From: Fimbriosthenelais zetlandica | Lineage: Eukaryota | DNA length: 64,000 nucleotides | Direction of reading: 5' to 3' | Assembly: GCA_977030845.1 (NCBI GenBank) | Contig: OZ365116.1 | Span: 13,144,001-13,208,000 of the forward strand | In this document: one piece after another, positions 63,001 through 64,000 of the stretch | How positions within the stretch are numbered: position 1 is the first letter of the stretch | How the letters are laid out: each line of letters begins with the position of its first letter | The notes under the pieces: model-generated | Database searches by the model: none | Told to the model about the DNA's origin: nothing | The model's input: only the letters and a program-made list of their open reading frames with translations | Program-made: the position numbers and the translations under genes

Positions 63001-63808
63001 TTGCACCTTCTTCTCTGTGCCGGCCTGTCTGAGGTAAAAGCCGCTTGACCTCACATGACTGGGTTACCTTGACAAGTACCGGATCCACCTGATACTCACT
63101 TTACCAGTCATATTTGTGATCCTATAACGGATAGTAAACCCATCCATTTATAAAGAAACCTTGGTCGATTAAGTTGATAATTACAACCAATTACCCAGAC
63201 CTCCAACGAACAAAAGAGGACCACCTACTAAGCAGTGAGTGTGGAGAAAATCAGGCAACGCATTATCACGTTATAAGGCTAATTAAACCTTTATTTCACT
63301 TAATGGACGAGCAGAAATAACCAGGGGAATACTCTGGGAAAAACTACAAAGCGTAGACGTTTTTGTACTGTTCAGCTGCTCTTACATTACCACGCCAAGC
63401 AGTTACACAGACAAAAAAGTGATATCATTACCACAAAGGTTGGAAGTATCTTTGATACCATATGAACTTTGGATCAGTCAGAAAACAGTAGGTAATCAGG
63501 TAACTGGATTCATGACTAGAATTAATGAACTAACGAACACTGAAGAAAGTTATAGGACAGAGCACAATCAATTGTGAACCTATTGTTCGTTGGATATAAC
63601 GTGTAACATTACTCTCTGTGGAACTATATAGACAGTTTATTGCTTTGTGCTCCGAAAGAGTATACAACCACATTGTGTGATTACTGATAACATATGTGTG
63701 CATCTCCATGAATGTGGAGGTCACCAGGATAGTACAAAAAACTAGAATCTGAGGCCTCTCTGTAGCATGATCTGGATTATGGTAGTGTGCTAAAAGATCA
63801 GCTTCACA

Positions 63809-64000
63809 ATGGCTTCTAATCTGGCACCGTTTATTAGTCTGCTGATAACCTTTCAGTTAGGTGTAGCATATGGCTATGGTGATCCTAACCATGGCCGCTG
63901 TGAGAAGGTCACAATTCCAACCTGCATGAAGATGCGCTACAACATGACTCGCATGCCCAACATGGTGGGTCACACGGATCAGAAAGACGCTGCCATCCAG
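63809..64000 (+). CDS. FZD10: Frizzled-family Wnt receptor, N-terminal 64 aa (signal peptide plus start of CRD), 3'-truncated; most similar to FZD9/10
   Basis: Reads [64 protein letters not shown], cf. FZD10 [34 protein letters not shown] (recalled). In-frame TAA upstream at 63791. Absent from the ORF track because there is no stop in the window. Subfamily call is tentative, and sFRP cannot be strictly excluded without the TM region. Confidence 0.88.
   Translation, partial: [64 protein letters not shown]

Noticed and set aside
1-64000. CRISPR array, rRNA, tRNA, snRNA or prokaryotic operon features
   Set aside because: None seen. The 7-bp-flanked palindromes are dispersed rather than regularly spaced, so they are not a CRISPR array.

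Overview
Eukaryotic genomic DNA with AT-rich introns and GT-AG splicing, from an invertebrate bilaterian (species not determinable here). Three + strand genes are supported by manual translation and phase-consistent splice sites. (1) The 3' five coding exons of NUS1/NgBR, join(<1..126,555..683,840..995,1229..1328,1840..1930). (2) An ANKRD6/Diversin/Diego orthologue with an 8-exon core, join(38476..38609,39356..39454,44989..45090,45740..45937,46069..46167,46367..46663,46931..47197,47311..48666), about 850 aa with 8 ankyrin repeats. It is preceded over 34 kb by up to five candidate alternative first coding exons, all ending in phase 1, one of them an 868-codon disordered exon. (3) The first 64 codons of a Frizzled receptor (signal peptide plus start of the CRD, closest to FZD9/10) running off the right edge. 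The most striking non-genic signal is a family of 8 complete and 1 half ultra-short (21-31 bp) palindromes, CTTAGAGTAAAAT..ATTTTACTCTAAG. Each complete copy is flanked by its own 7-bp direct repeat, so they look like excision scars of a long-overhang (P-like) DNA transposon. Also present: a hAT-like MITE, a decayed LINE-like RT, microsatellites, several promoter-like motif clusters, oriented CTCF-like sites and homotypic TF-motif clusters. No rRNA, tRNA or CRISPR was found. Most short ORFs in the supplied track are not supported. All calls are by eye; no database searches were run.
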